Origin: Burkholderiales bacterium
GTDB taxonomy: Bacteria; Pseudomonadota; Gammaproteobacteria; Burkholderiales; SHXO01
DNA length: 56,985 bases
Assembly (NCBI GenBank): GCA_035622675.1
Contig: DASPUW010000433.1
Span: 1-56,985 of the forward strand
Direction of reading: 5' to 3'
A program made the position numbers and the translations under genes. The notes under the pieces were generated by a model. The model was not told the DNA's origin, searched no databases, and worked only from the letters and a program-made list of their open reading frames with translations. How positions within the stretch are numbered: the first letter of the stretch is position 1; each line of letters starts with the position of its first letter. Shown one piece after another: positions 38,967 through 48,923 of the stretch.

Positions 38967-40289
38967 TCACTGAACCACGGTGGCGTGCTTGCGGTGTATC
39001 GAGGCCTCTATCTCTACCCGGCGATCCTTCTGCAGGCAGGTGATCAGCTCTTCGCGCGCCAGCCCCTGGCAATCGACCGAAGGCGTGAGCGGATTCTTCT
39101 CCCCGCGCCCCTCGTAGTGGATCTTGTTCTGCGGCACGCCCTTGCCCATCAGGTATTGAGCCACCGCGTAGGCGCGCAGTTCGGACAGGCGCCGATTGTA
39201 GTCGGTGGTGCCGATGCGATCGGTATAGCCGACGATGTCGAGACGATCGTATTCGGCCGTCTTCAGCTTGCCCGCCAGGTCATCGAGGATGTGCTGGACT
39301 TCTGGCCGTAACGCGTACTGATCAAAGTCGAAACGCCCTTCTTCGTTGACACCGAGCACCAAGGGCAGCGCGCCGCCCAGGGTCTGCGGCCGGTACTCCT
39401 CGTCGACTTTTACCTTCCCGCTCGGAACGTCGATCGCTGCAACGCGACCGTCGCCCTCCATCGTGGCCGCTGTATCACCCCCAGCGCCACCACTGACGCC
39501 GGACGCGCCCGCCGCGCCGCCGCGCTTCTGCCCAGCCGCACCCGCGGCGCCGCCCTCGATTGCTGCCGTCGCGTCGCCCTGCGAAAGATCGGCACCTGCA
39601 GCGGCGCCCTGCGCATCGCCGTCGCTAGCCGCGGCGCCGCCACCCGACGTGGACGAAGCGCCGCCACCAGACGTCGACGAAGCGCCGCCGCGAGCTCCCG
39701 TGCCAGGTCTGCCGCCGCCAGATGCTGCGGCCGCTCCGCCGGCCGCGCTGTCCGTTGCAGCCGTCTGCACGGCGCTCGCGCCGCCACCGGTCTCTGACGT
39801 GGTGCCCGCCGACGATGCCGCTCCGGCCGCAGCTGCGCCACCGGCGGCTGCCTTGGAGCCGCTAGCCGAAGCGTGATTGCCGCCGGCGCGCGCTCCGCCT
39901 GCAACCCCCGTGGCCGAGTCGCCCGACGACGACGCGCCCGCCTCGTTGGACGCAAGATCGCCGGCCTGCCCGGCTCCGGCCCCTTCCTGGCTGGCCCCCG
40001 CTCCGCTCTGCGACGCAGCAGAAACGCTGTCCGAGCTCCCCGATGTTGCAGTGTTGGGTGGAGCACCCGGTGTGCTGTTCGCGCGTCGCTTCGCAGTGTC
40101 GTTGCCGGCCAACGTCGGGTCGCCGGACAGCGAGCCCAGATGTGTCGCCTTGGTCGAGCAGCCGACCAGGAGCGCGGCCAACAGCAGCGGCGCCAGATTG
40201 ACGCAGGTCGCACGCAATGTACCGACCGGAGCTGGCTCGAGCCGTTCCTGGGTGGAGGTGTGGTTTGTCATGTGCATCGCGCTCCTCAT
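38967..40289 (-). CDS. OmpA/MotB-domain lipoprotein with a roughly 270-aa Ala/Gly/Ser-rich low-complexity linker
   Basis: Lipobox (LLVGCSTK) and a C-terminal OmpA domain (IVGYTDRIGTTDYNRRLSELRAYAV...RRVEIEA). The start is set at an internal Met (MRSAMHM), ±18 nt. Confidence 0.85.
   Translation of the reverse strand: MRSAMHMTNHTSTQERLEPAPVGTLRATCVNLAPLLLAALLVGCSTKATHLGSLSGDPTLAGNDTAKRRANSTPGAPPNTATSGSSDSVSAASQSGAGASQEGAGAGQAGDLASNEAGASSSGDSATGVAGGARAGGNHASASGSKAAAGGAAAAGAASSAGTTSETGGGASAVQTAATDSAAGGAAAASGGGRPGTGARGGASSTSGGGASSTSGGGAAASDGDAQGAAAGADLSQGDATAAIEGGAAGAAGQKRGGAAGASGVSGGAGGDTAATMEGDGRVAAIDVPSGKVKVDEEYRPQTLGGALPLVLGVNEEGRFDFDQYALRPEVQHILDDLAGKLKTAEYDRLDIVGYTDRIGTTDYNRRLSELRAYAVAQYLMGKGVPQNKIHYEGRGEKNPLTPSVDCQGLAREELITCLQKDRRVEIEASIHRKHATVVQ
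39637..39684. repeat. 24-bp tandem repeat (2 copies plus a partial third) inside the OmpA-family gene
   Basis: CCGCCACCCGACGTGGACGAAGCG / CCGCCACCAGACGTCGACGAAGCG. On the coding strand this encodes the repeated GGASSTSG unit. Confidence 0.7.
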
Positions 40290-40504
40290 GATTCGCGGAG
40301 AGTCCGCAGGGAATCGCCGATACCAGCAGCAGGGCACCAGCGGTCGAATGTTAACCGACTTGAGGCCGCGGCGTGCATGCGTCGGCGCACCGCGCGGCTC
40401 GACGCCGGGCCAAGGTGTGCATCGATCGGAGTCGTTCGCTTCGAACTCGTGCCGGGCACCGGATTTGCACCGGCGCCTTGCACTTGGGACTTCCCGCTCA
40501 AACG

Positions 40505-41095
40505 ATGCGTTGGCGTTGGCTGCTTCTGTTTGCTCTGGCCTGGGTGGCATGGGACCGCTGGGAGGCGCGGCCGATCGTTCACCCGCCCGGGGTTCTCGTC
40601 AGCACGGACCCGGTGCAGACAGACCTTGGACCGAGCCCGCCACGGCTCTCCAAAGCCGGATATCAAATCCTGCCTCTGCAGTCGTTTTCCCTCGACGCCC
40701 GCGTCCTCAGCAAAGAGCGTTACCGCTTCGACGAGGCTGCGGATATCGCTCCGGTAGACCTCGCGCTCGGCTGGGGACGGATGTCCGATCAGGCCATCTT
40801 GGATGCTTTCGACATCAGCCAAAGTGGAAGGTTCTATTTCTGGCACGTGGACCGCTTCCCGATCCCGCGCCGCGAGATCGAGACGCACAGTGCCAACATG
40901 CACATGATTCCGGCCAACGACGAGGTCAAGCGCAGGCTGCTGAGGATACGCGCCGGCCAGATCGTCAGCCTGAGCGGCTACCTCGTCGAAGTCCGCGGCG
41001 CGAACGGCTGGCGTTGGCGCAGTTCCCTCACGCGCGACGACACGGGCGCCGGCGCGTGCGAGGTGGTGTGGGTCGAGACGGTCCAAGCGCGCTGA
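40505..41095 (+). CDS. hypothetical membrane-anchored protein
   Basis: Start set at MRWRWLLLFALAWVAWD (TM/signal anchor). No recognised family. Confidence 0.55.
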   Translation: MRWRWLLLFALAWVAWDRWEARPIVHPPGVLVSTDPVQTDLGPSPPRLSKAGYQILPLQSFSLDARVLSKERYRFDEAADIAPVDLALGWGRMSDQAILDAFDISQSGRFYFWHVDRFPIPRREIETHSANMHMIPANDEVKRRLLRIRAGQIVSLSGYLVEVRGANGWRWRSSLTRDDTGAGACEVVWVETVQAR

Positions 41096-41155
41096 TCGCT
41101 CGGGCTACTGGGCCTCGCGGATATAATCGCGGACCTAGCTATCGAGGAGACCGGA

Positions 41156-41773
41156 ATGATCGATCTGTACCTTGCTCCTACCGCCAACGGGCTGCGCGCA
41201 TCCGTCGCGCTCGAGGAGGCGGGGCTCGCTTATCGCGCTCACAAAATCGACCTGGCCAAGGGCGAGCAGCGCTCGGCGGAGTTCCTCAAGCTCAACCCTG
41301 CGGGCTTGATCCCGGTCATCCTCGATGACAGCGCTGCGGGCGGAAAGCCGCTCGCACTGTCGCAATCCGGCGCGATCATGTTGTACGCCGCAGAGAAGAG
41401 CGGCAAGCTGCTGCCGCGAGATCCTGCGCGGCGCGCTACTGCGCTCCAATGGCTGATGCAGGCTGGAAGCGACGTTTCGGGCGCCAGCAACGCGGTGTTT
41501 CAGATGGAGATGCGCGCGCCGGAGAAGAGCGCTGCGAACCTGGAATACTTGAAGAACCGGCTGATCGACTTCTTCTCCGTGTGCGATCGCCGCCTGGAGG
41601 GGCGCGATTTCCTCGCCGACGAACTGTCGGTGGCCGACCTCATGCTGTATCCCAACTTCGCGCTGCGCAAACCGCTGCTCGATGCGGCCGGGGGTCTGCC
41701 CAACCTCCAGCGCTGGGGAGCTGCCCTGGCCGCGCGACCCGGCGTTGCCAGAGGCATGCAGGTTCTGGGTTGA
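41156..41773 (+). CDS. glutathione S-transferase
   Basis: MIDLYLAPTANGLRASVALEEAGL...FLKLNPAGLIPVILDD, with a GST C-terminal domain. Confidence 0.9.
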   Translation: MIDLYLAPTANGLRASVALEEAGLAYRAHKIDLAKGEQRSAEFLKLNPAGLIPVILDDSAAGGKPLALSQSGAIMLYAAEKSGKLLPRDPARRATALQWLMQAGSDVSGASNAVFQMEMRAPEKSAANLEYLKNRLIDFFSVCDRRLEGRDFLADELSVADLMLYPNFALRKPLLDAAGGLPNLQRWGAALAARPGVARGMQVLG

Positions 41774-41819
41774 TGTATCTGGCACCTCGGTCAGCGCGCT
41801 TCAGGCGGAGTTGAGCACA

Positions 41820-44800
41820 TCAACGCTGCGGCGCCTGCGCCACGCGTGCATCTATCTTCGGATCTGCACAGACATCGGCCCCATCGCGAGGCAAGCTGGC
41901 CTGCGTGAGCTTTTGCACGGGCACGACGAAGATCGATGTCATCAGACGGCCTACGGTGTCCATCACATCAGAGCCAGCGACGCCGATCTTGAAGTCGGTG
42001 ATGGTGCCGCTCACGCCCACAGGCGTGGCCAGACTGAAGAACTGCGGCGTCTTCGCTCGCGGAGCCAGACGGAACGCGAGCACCTCGGTCCCGAAGTCCA
42101 CCCTGCCCTCGCCGTTTACCCGCATGCGGCTGGTGTCGAGCAGGATCTCGTCCTGGCTCAGCTTGCCGTCGCGGATGTGGAAGCGGCCCACCGCGCAATT
42201 GACCTTCGATTCCGATGAAGGATCGACGTTCGGAATCAGCGCGACGAACAGGTTGACCGCCCACAGGTCGAAGATGCCCGCCCTCAGGTTTTGCGGCCAG
42301 ACGGCGAAATCGATCCGCCCGTTTGCGTGCTGCATGAGCGCGTCGAGGGTGGGCGCGCGGGCGTCGAGATTCACGCGCAGGCTGAACCGTCCCTGGAGAT
42401 CGGTGCGGGGATTGATGCGCCGCGCCAGGATGCCGTAGTCGAATCGATCCACCCACATGTCCGCCGTCACCGCAACATCCTTCTCCGTGGGCAGGAAAGA
42501 AAACGCGATGCGCGCGGACCCGCCGGGGATATTCACTTCCGCCGGATCGAGCATGAACTTTCCGTCCGCGAGCTGGGCCTTCAGGCTGCCGCTGCCGAGC
42601 TTGTCCGGCCCCGACAGCACCTCCTCCACGGCGACGCTCAGATAGGCATCGAGGGCTCGCATCACCTCGGGGCTCAGCAGCTTCTGGCCCTGTGCCGCGG
42701 CCTCTTTGGCTTTGGCGCGCATCTCCTCTGCCGTCAGCGGCTTGCTCGGCTTCTTCTCCTTTTCGACCATCGACCAGCTGCCGAGCTTGAAATCATCCAG
42801 CTGGACGCGTGGCGCTTTGAGGTCGATCTCCAGGCGTGGGCGCTCGCCGGTCGTGGCGAGGCTGCCGCGGCCATTCAACCGGCTGTCCCCGACTCGCAGG
42901 CTGAGGTCGGGAACTTCGTAGCCGCTGCCCGCGGCCTCGAACTTCCCGCCGAGCTCCCACGGCCCCCAGGGCGGCAGCTGCACGTGCGCAAGCTGATTCA
43001 GGCTGTCGAAACGCTCTCCGTGCGCAGACAGCTCGAGGTGCATCTCGCGCTGCGTGATGGGCAACGCGACCTTGCCCGTCAACTGAAGCTGCGTGCCGGC
43101 GGCCTCCGCCGTCATCGAAAATGGCACGCTGCTGCTCGTCTTCAGAAAATCGGGCAAAGCCCCGCTCGCGATGCGGATGGTGACCGCCGTAGTATCGATC
43201 GCGCCGTCGAGATCGAGCGTGATCGGCTTGCCGGGGGCGGCCCGCGCCAGGCCCTTTGCGACTTTGATCGGCAGCTGAAGCGTGCGGTTGGGGTCGCGCA
43301 GGGTGAGCTGGCCGGATTCGACCTCCGCCAGCAGCGACGAGCGCTCGAGCATCTCGCCGAGACGGCTGCCGCGGCCGACGAGCTCGGCACGCACGAGCTG
43401 CGCGCGCGACTCGAGCTCGCTCACGACTTTCATCCTCTGCAGCAGAGCGCCGATGTCCACGTTCTCGGCCGCGACCCAGAGCGAAGCTTCGGGCACTTCG
43501 CCCCGCAGATCGAGCGCCGCCGCCCCGGAGAATGTCGCGCCCGCCACGGTTGCGCTGAAAGGAGAGGGCCACATGTGGCCGTCGCGGATGCGGCCGGAGA
43601 ACGACACGTCGCTCAGCGGCACGGGCCGCATCGTTACGCGTTTGAGCTGCACGTCGATGTCGGCGTCGAACAGGCTGATGCCGTGGGGGAGGATGGGCAG
43701 GTCGATGGACGGCGTGGCAGGAGCTTTGGGATCCGAAGGCGGCAGCATGTGCTCCAACTCATCGAGATCGAGGTTGTCGACCGTGAGGCGCGCCTCGAGT
43801 ACAGGCTGCCGGCTGAGGCCGACCAGCGCGAGCTCCGCGTTCATCGTTGTGTTGCCGAGGCGAACGCTGAAAGGGCTCAAGCGCCATTCGTCGCTGCCCA
43901 CGCGCACCTGGCCTTCGATGGCCACGCGGCCGGATGCATCGCGCGCGAGGCCGAGCCACCGCGCGACATCCCCGGCGCGCGCTGCCTCCAGCTCGAAGCG
44001 CAGGTCTGTGCCGCGCCCGGCCTCCGCGGCAGCCAACATGCCATCCAGCCGAAACGTCGCTCCGCTGGCGTTCACCTCGAGCTGCAGCGGCCAGCGCAGC
44101 TCATGCACGAGAGCTGCCAGATCGCCCCCTTTGAAGCTTCCGGAGAACGGCTCGCCGAGCAGCGATCCTCGCGCACGGCCGTTCAGCTTTCCGCCGGCGG
44201 GGATGGCAACATCGAAGGCGTCGAGCCTGAATTCCACCGGCTTGCCGCCTTCGACGTTCCCGTAGCTCAGCCGCGCTTGTGTCATACCCACCCGCACGTC
44301 GAGCGTGCGCACGATGGCGGCCAGGTTATCGCCGCGCCCCTTCAAACGCAGCCCGAAGCGCCCCAACTCGCCTTCCACGCCGCGCACGCCGGTGAACACC
44401 TGGGCCAATCGTCCGAGCTTCGAGCGCTCGGTTCCCAGCGACAGCACAAAATCGGGGACCTTTGCCGTGGTGTCCACCTCCACGTTACCCACCAACGGCA
44501 CGTCGGCCACACTGGTCTGCACTGGGGCTTTCAGCCGTCCCTCCAGCAGGACGAGGTGGAGCGCCGAGTCACGGACGTCGCCCGGCAGCCCCTTCCATTT
44601 CTCGATCTTCAGAGCGAGATCGATATCGAGCAGCCCGAGCTCTTTGAGGCTGTAGCTCTGCCTCTCCGCCTCGGCCAAGGTCTCCTTCGCCTCTGTAACG
44701 GAGCGCGCGGCGCTCTTCCGCGTCTCCTCGAGCTGGCCCGTGAGCGACTCGCTGGAGGGCGGTCCGCGTGCCTGCGGCTTCGCTGGTTGCGCCTCGCTGC

Positions 44801-45932
44801 GAAGCAGAGGTTCGAGATCGAGCACAGGCAAGGTCAGGTCCCCACTGACGCGCGGCTGCTTCCCGGTCAGATCGAGGCCGAGCTCGCCGTGCAAAGCGCT
44901 CTCCCCCATGACGCCGTTCAGCTCCGAAATGCGAAGCCGACCCCGGTCCCATTGCACCCTGCCGCTGAGTCCGGTCGCGCCAACCGGCGGGAACTTGGTC
45001 TGGAGCAGGCGCTCCAGCTCCGCGAGATCGCGCGTGCCGAGACCGAAAGTGACGTCGACCGCGGGCGTACCCAGTGGATCCTTGATGCTTCCGTTGACCT
45101 CCAGGGCAGTACCTACGAATTCCAGATGAAGCTTGAACGGCCAGGGCTTGTCGGATGCGTTGAGGCCAGACAAGGGGCCGCCGTCGATACGGACGGTGTA
45201 AGGGAAGCTCTTCTCGACCGCGCCGCGCAGCGTGAGCACTGCGGGCCGCCCGAGCGCCGCTTCGCCAACCATCTCATCCAAAGCGAAATAGCGGCTGCGG
45301 CCACCGCTCACATACTCGACGTTCATGTTCCTGAACGCGACGGACTCGATCGCCTCGATCCGCACCGGGGCAGCGCCACTCGCCGCCGGCTGGGGAGATG
45401 CTGGTGCGGAAGACGGACTGCCGAAGTCCCAGTTGACCCGGCCATCTGCCGCCTCCTCGAGGCGGACACGTACGTCCTCAGCCTCGACCTTCACAACCCG
45501 GATCTCGTTGCGCAGCAGCGGAAGTAGCTCGAGACGCAGGCGCGCCTGGCCGAGACTCGCGAACTGCGGCGCGGAAAAACCGGGAGGGCTGTCGATGCGG
45601 ACACCGCCCACCTTGAGCGTCGGGCGCAGCGTCGGTATCAGCTCCAGGGGGCCCTCCAGCGTGACCGGGCGTCCAAGAGCCTGACTGGCCGCCTGGGCGA
45701 TGGATGCGCGCCACGGCGCGGCACTGATCGAAATTCCGAACACGCTCACCACGGCGGCGGGCAAGATGAGCACCGCGATAACCACCGCGAGCGATATCAA
45801 AACCCAACGCAGGACCCTGCGAACGGAACGAGCCACCAGGATAGCCAACGATTCATGGAGAAGCCGCGTATGATAGTCGAAGTCGAAATGAGGACAGCCC
45901 GGGATAGAAAAGCCATGACTCGAGCTGCGCAA
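41820..45932 (-). CDS. AsmA-family giant envelope protein
   Basis: 1370 aa. Has an N-terminal anchor (VLRWVLISLAVVIAVLILP) and AsmA-like repetitive beta-rich sequence throughout. The TTG start at 45932 is doubtful; a GTG at about 45836 is possible. Confidence 0.85.
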   Translation of the reverse strand: MRSSSHGFSIPGCPHFDFDYHTRLLHESLAILVARSVRRVLRWVLISLAVVIAVLILPAAVVSVFGISISAAPWRASIAQAASQALGRPVTLEGPLELIPTLRPTLKVGGVRIDSPPGFSAPQFASLGQARLRLELLPLLRNEIRVVKVEAEDVRVRLEEAADGRVNWDFGSPSSAPASPQPAASGAAPVRIEAIESVAFRNMNVEYVSGGRSRYFALDEMVGEAALGRPAVLTLRGAVEKSFPYTVRIDGGPLSGLNASDKPWPFKLHLEFVGTALEVNGSIKDPLGTPAVDVTFGLGTRDLAELERLLQTKFPPVGATGLSGRVQWDRGRLRISELNGVMGESALHGELGLDLTGKQPRVSGDLTLPVLDLEPLLRSEAQPAKPQARGPPSSESLTGQLEETRKSAARSVTEAKETLAEAERQSYSLKELGLLDIDLALKIEKWKGLPGDVRDSALHLVLLEGRLKAPVQTSVADVPLVGNVEVDTTAKVPDFVLSLGTERSKLGRLAQVFTGVRGVEGELGRFGLRLKGRGDNLAAIVRTLDVRVGMTQARLSYGNVEGGKPVEFRLDAFDVAIPAGGKLNGRARGSLLGEPFSGSFKGGDLAALVHELRWPLQLEVNASGATFRLDGMLAAAEAGRGTDLRFELEAARAGDVARWLGLARDASGRVAIEGQVRVGSDEWRLSPFSVRLGNTTMNAELALVGLSRQPVLEARLTVDNLDLDELEHMLPPSDPKAPATPSIDLPILPHGISLFDADIDVQLKRVTMRPVPLSDVSFSGRIRDGHMWPSPFSATVAGATFSGAAALDLRGEVPEASLWVAAENVDIGALLQRMKVVSELESRAQLVRAELVGRGSRLGEMLERSSLLAEVESGQLTLRDPNRTLQLPIKVAKGLARAAPGKPITLDLDGAIDTTAVTIRIASGALPDFLKTSSSVPFSMTAEAAGTQLQLTGKVALPITQREMHLELSAHGERFDSLNQLAHVQLPPWGPWELGGKFEAAGSGYEVPDLSLRVGDSRLNGRGSLATTGERPRLEIDLKAPRVQLDDFKLGSWSMVEKEKKPSKPLTAEEMRAKAKEAAAQGQKLLSPEVMRALDAYLSVAVEEVLSGPDKLGSGSLKAQLADGKFMLDPAEVNIPGGSARIAFSFLPTEKDVAVTADMWVDRFDYGILARRINPRTDLQGRFSLRVNLDARAPTLDALMQHANGRIDFAVWPQNLRAGIFDLWAVNLFVALIPNVDPSSESKVNCAVGRFHIRDGKLSQDEILLDTSRMRVNGEGRVDFGTEVLAFRLAPRAKTPQFFSLATPVGVSGTITDFKIGVAGSDVMDTVGRLMTSIFVVPVQKLTQASLPRDGADVCADPKIDARVAQAPQR

Positions 45933-46463
45933 TGGCGGACGTTCGCGCTGGCGATGCTGCTCGTGCTCATCGCCGCACCCTGGGGTGCGGCGAAAGCGGA
46001 CATCTACCGCTGCACCACGGCGGACGGCAAAACGCTGTACGCCGACGCGCCCTGCCCCCGTGGGGCGGTGCAGGGCGCCAACATCACTTCAGCGGTGGGC
46101 GCGTGCGCGGATGACGCGTGCGCGCTGAAACGGGAGCAAGCGGCTTCGCAAGCCTGGGCACGGCTGCGAGCCGAGCAGGATCAGCTCGCGCAGGTGACGG
46201 ACAGGCGTCGGCGGGAGGAGATTGAAAACGAGCGCGCTCGGCTGGACGCGCAGCTGTGGCGCCAGTCCATGGAGGCTCGGCTAGCGGCGGCGACGAGCGA
46301 TTCCAACTACGGGGTCGGCTATGCGCCGTACTACCCGGTCTACTCCGTGTACCCGGCCCTAAGGCCTTGCGGATGGCGTTGCGTCGGGTTGCACCCGGGG
46401 ATCGGGAAGGGAGCACCGACGCGGCGGACATGGGGCACCGCGCTGCGCATCGATCGGCACTAG
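45915..46463 (+). CDS. DUF4124-domain protein
   Basis: Signal peptide, then DIYRCTTADGKTLYADAPCP (DUF4124-type motif) and a coiled-coil-like Arg/Glu-rich region. Confidence 0.7.
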   Translation: MTRAAQWRTFALAMLLVLIAAPWGAAKADIYRCTTADGKTLYADAPCPRGAVQGANITSAVGACADDACALKREQAASQAWARLRAEQDQLAQVTDRRRREEIENERARLDAQLWRQSMEARLAAATSDSNYGVGYAPYYPVYSVYPALRPCGWRCVGLHPGIGKGAPTRRTWGTALRIDRH

Positions 46464-46538
46464 CTCGAGCGCAGACACGAAGTTCAAAGAAAACGCCCGC
46501 AGATGCGGGCGCTTTTCTATTGCGGCGCCGCGGCGCGA

Positions 46539-47126
46539 TCAGCGCTCGCGGTCGTTGTGCTTCTCGCGGTAGATCTTGCGGCTCTGGTGATTCTCCGCCG
46601 CTTGTATGTGCTGCTGTTCGCTGGCGCTCACGTGACCATTGGCTCCGGCGCGCGCCTCCTTGCGGTTGACGTTCGCCTGCCCTTTCTCGAGGTTCCCCAC
46701 CTCGCGATTGGTCAGCTGCCCGGACTGAACGCCCTGCTCGATGCGTTGCTGCTGATTGACGTTGCGCTGCACGTCGGCCTGCATACGTTGAGATGAGGCG
46801 GAATTCGGGTTTCCGGTTTGCCCGTTGTGCTTGTCGCGATAGATCTCTTGGCTCTCCTTGTTCTGCGCCTGCTCGATGCGCCGCCTCTCCGCATCGCTCA
46901 GCTTGCCGTTGGCCTCCGCGCGCTGCTCCATCTTCTCGATGTTCGCCTCACCCTTTTCCAGCTTGGCGGCTTCCTTGGTCGTAAGCTGGCCGGATTGCAG
47001 ACCCTGCTCGATGCGCTCCTGTTGGTTCACGTTGCGCTGCACGATGTCGGCAGTATTCTGAGCGACCGCTGGCTGCACAAACAGTGCAGTCACGGCGAGA
47101 ATCACCGCAGTCTGTGAAAGCGTCAT
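46539..47126 (-). CDS. secreted protein made of two roughly 75-aa internal repeats
   Basis: Signal peptide (MTLSQTAVILAVTALFVQPAVAQ). The repeats start VQRNVNQQERIEQGLQSGQLTTKEAAKLEKGEANI... and VQRNVNQQQRIEQGVQSGQLTNREVGNLEKGQANV... Confidence 0.65.
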   Translation of the reverse strand: MTLSQTAVILAVTALFVQPAVAQNTADIVQRNVNQQERIEQGLQSGQLTTKEAAKLEKGEANIEKMEQRAEANGKLSDAERRRIEQAQNKESQEIYRDKHNGQTGNPNSASSQRMQADVQRNVNQQQRIEQGVQSGQLTNREVGNLEKGQANVNRKEARAGANGHVSASEQQHIQAAENHQSRKIYREKHNDRER

Positions 47127-47338
47127 GACGATTTCTCCTTTGATGGGCGCGAGACGAGCGTCTCGACGTGACTCTAACGGCATACCTCGCGACGGCGTTG
47201 ACTCACGAACTCGCGCTTACATTCGACTTACGCCGCGCGATAATTAGCGTGCACCACCTTGTCTTCGGCAGCCGACGGTCGTTCGCTTACAATTTCTCCG
47301 GTGACCGACGTTTCTTCAACAAACCCGCTCTCGATACC

Positions 47339-47782
47339 ATGACACCGCTCCACCTCCCGTCGCGCAAGATCCTGTCCTGTGGCATCGTCCCGGTCCATTT
47401 CGACGGGCTGCGCTATCGACTGCTTGCCCTCCGCGGCTCCAAGGGCTGGGATTTTCCCAAGGCGTTGCTGGTCGATCGTCAAGATCCCCTGCAGGTCGCG
47501 CTCGCCGCAGCGCGTGAGGCAACCGGCCTGGTCGAGCTCGAGCTCAGCTGGGGTGACGACGCGTTCCGCGAGACGATCGCGTTCGACGACGGAAACGTGA
47601 GCCGCTACTACCTAGCTCAGTCCAAGACTTCCGAAGTAACGTTGCACGCTCCGCCTGGCACGGACAAGAAGGATCTCGAGTATCGCTGGATCACACCCGA
47701 GGAAGCCGAGGACATTCTGCCGCCGCGGCTGGCGCTGATATTGGATTGGGTTACCGAGCAGATTGGCGCCGGTGCGAACTGA
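47339..47782 (+). CDS. NUDIX-fold protein with a degenerate Nudix box
   Basis: GSKGWDFPKALLVDRQDPLQVALAAAREATGL only partly matches GX5EX7REUXEEXGU. Confidence 0.5.
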   Translation: MTPLHLPSRKILSCGIVPVHFDGLRYRLLALRGSKGWDFPKALLVDRQDPLQVALAAAREATGLVELELSWGDDAFRETIAFDDGNVSRYYLAQSKTSEVTLHAPPGTDKKDLEYRWITPEEAEDILPPRLALILDWVTEQIGAGAN

Positions 47783-47972
47783 CAGCGAAGCCCGCGTTCT
47801 CAGCGCACACCGTGCTTCGCGCGGTAGTGCTTGGTGAGTATCTTGCGCGTCTGCGCGCCGAGCCGAACGTTGCGCACCGGCGCGCGGGCCGCCTTCGCGC
47901 GAGGGCGGGAAGGACGTAGCGGAGCTGGCGGTTTCGTCATCGAACAAGTCTAACGCGCGTGTGCCGCCCCAA

Positions 47973-48830
47973 CTACTCCGGTACAAGCCAGCGCACGCGC
48001 ACCTCTTGGGTTGCAGATGGCGCTTCATCCCTCTGCGAAAGCACGGGCCCGAGCCAGGTGAGCAGCGAACGCGCTTCCTGCTCGAACCCAAACGGCGGGT
48101 TCACCACCAACAAGCCGCAACCGCGCAGGCTGAAGGCCCAGCCTTCGGGCAGGGGCATCAGCTCGAGCTGAAGGATCTTGCGCACGCCGCCGGCGACGAT
48201 ACCCCGCTCGAAGCCGTGCATGGTCGCCGGCGTCATGAGCGGATACCAGATTGCGTAGACGCCTGTCGCGAAGCGCTTATGAGCAGAAGCGAGCGCTTCG
48301 GTAAGCCTGGCAAACTCGGCCGCTCGATCAAAAGACGAGTCGATCAAGACCAACCCACGCCTCTCGACGGGCGGCAGCAGAGCCTTGAGCGCCTGGTATC
48401 CGTCGATGCAGCGCACGGCAACCTGTCGCTCGCGCTCGAACAGGCGCGCCAGCGCGGCGCAATCGTCGCGGTTCAGCTCCGACAACACCATCCGATCGCC
48501 TGGCCGCAACAACCGGCGCGCGATCCGCGGCGATCCAGGATAGAAGCGCAGGGAGGTGCCGGAATTTTCCGCGCGCACCGCCTCGATGTAGGGCTGCAGC
48601 AGCAGCGGCAGATCGCTCCGCTTCCACAGCCGCGCGATTCCGTCTTCGTATTCGTCGAGCTTGCGCGCCCATGGGTGCGAGAGATCGTACAGCCCGGTCC
48701 CTGCATGCGTATCCAGGTACAGCAGCGGTTTGTCTTTGCGCACGAGCAGAAGCAGCAAGCGCGTGAGCAGAGCGTGCTTGAAGACATCTGCGAAGTTGCC
48801 GGCATGAAACAGATGGCGATAGGCGAGCAT
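47973..48830 (-). CDS. rlmJ: 23S rRNA (adenine2030-N6)-methyltransferase RlmJ
   Basis: MLAYRHLFHAGNFADVFKHALLTRLL..., 285 aa, the characteristic RlmJ N-terminus. Confidence 0.9.
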   Translation of the reverse strand: MLAYRHLFHAGNFADVFKHALLTRLLLLLVRKDKPLLYLDTHAGTGLYDLSHPWARKLDEYEDGIARLWKRSDLPLLLQPYIEAVRAENSGTSLRFYPGSPRIARRLLRPGDRMVLSELNRDDCAALARLFERERQVAVRCIDGYQALKALLPPVERRGLVLIDSSFDRAAEFARLTEALASAHKRFATGVYAIWYPLMTPATMHGFERGIVAGGVRKILQLELMPLPEGWAFSLRGCGLLVVNPPFGFEQEARSLLTWLGPVLSQRDEAPSATQEVRVRWLVPE

Positions 48831-48923
48831 GCGTCAGAGCAGCGCGTCGTTCGGACTGTCATCCGTGGCAGGGGTCAGACCGATCACAGTACGCTGGCGG
48901 CGCCGTCTCACGCATCGGCGTGC

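Noticed and set aside
39400-40000. Highly repetitive GC-rich stretch considered as a possible CRISPR or other non-coding repeat array
   Set aside because: It is in frame inside the OmpA-family gene and encodes an Ala/Gly/Ser linker. The repeats are short, imperfect and not separated by unique spacers.
42291-45527. 1078-aa ORF on the plus strand
   Set aside because: It is antisense to the AsmA-family gene, with Arg/Gly/Ala/His/Gln-rich low-information sequence and no recognisable domain. The minus-strand product has a coherent AsmA-like architecture.
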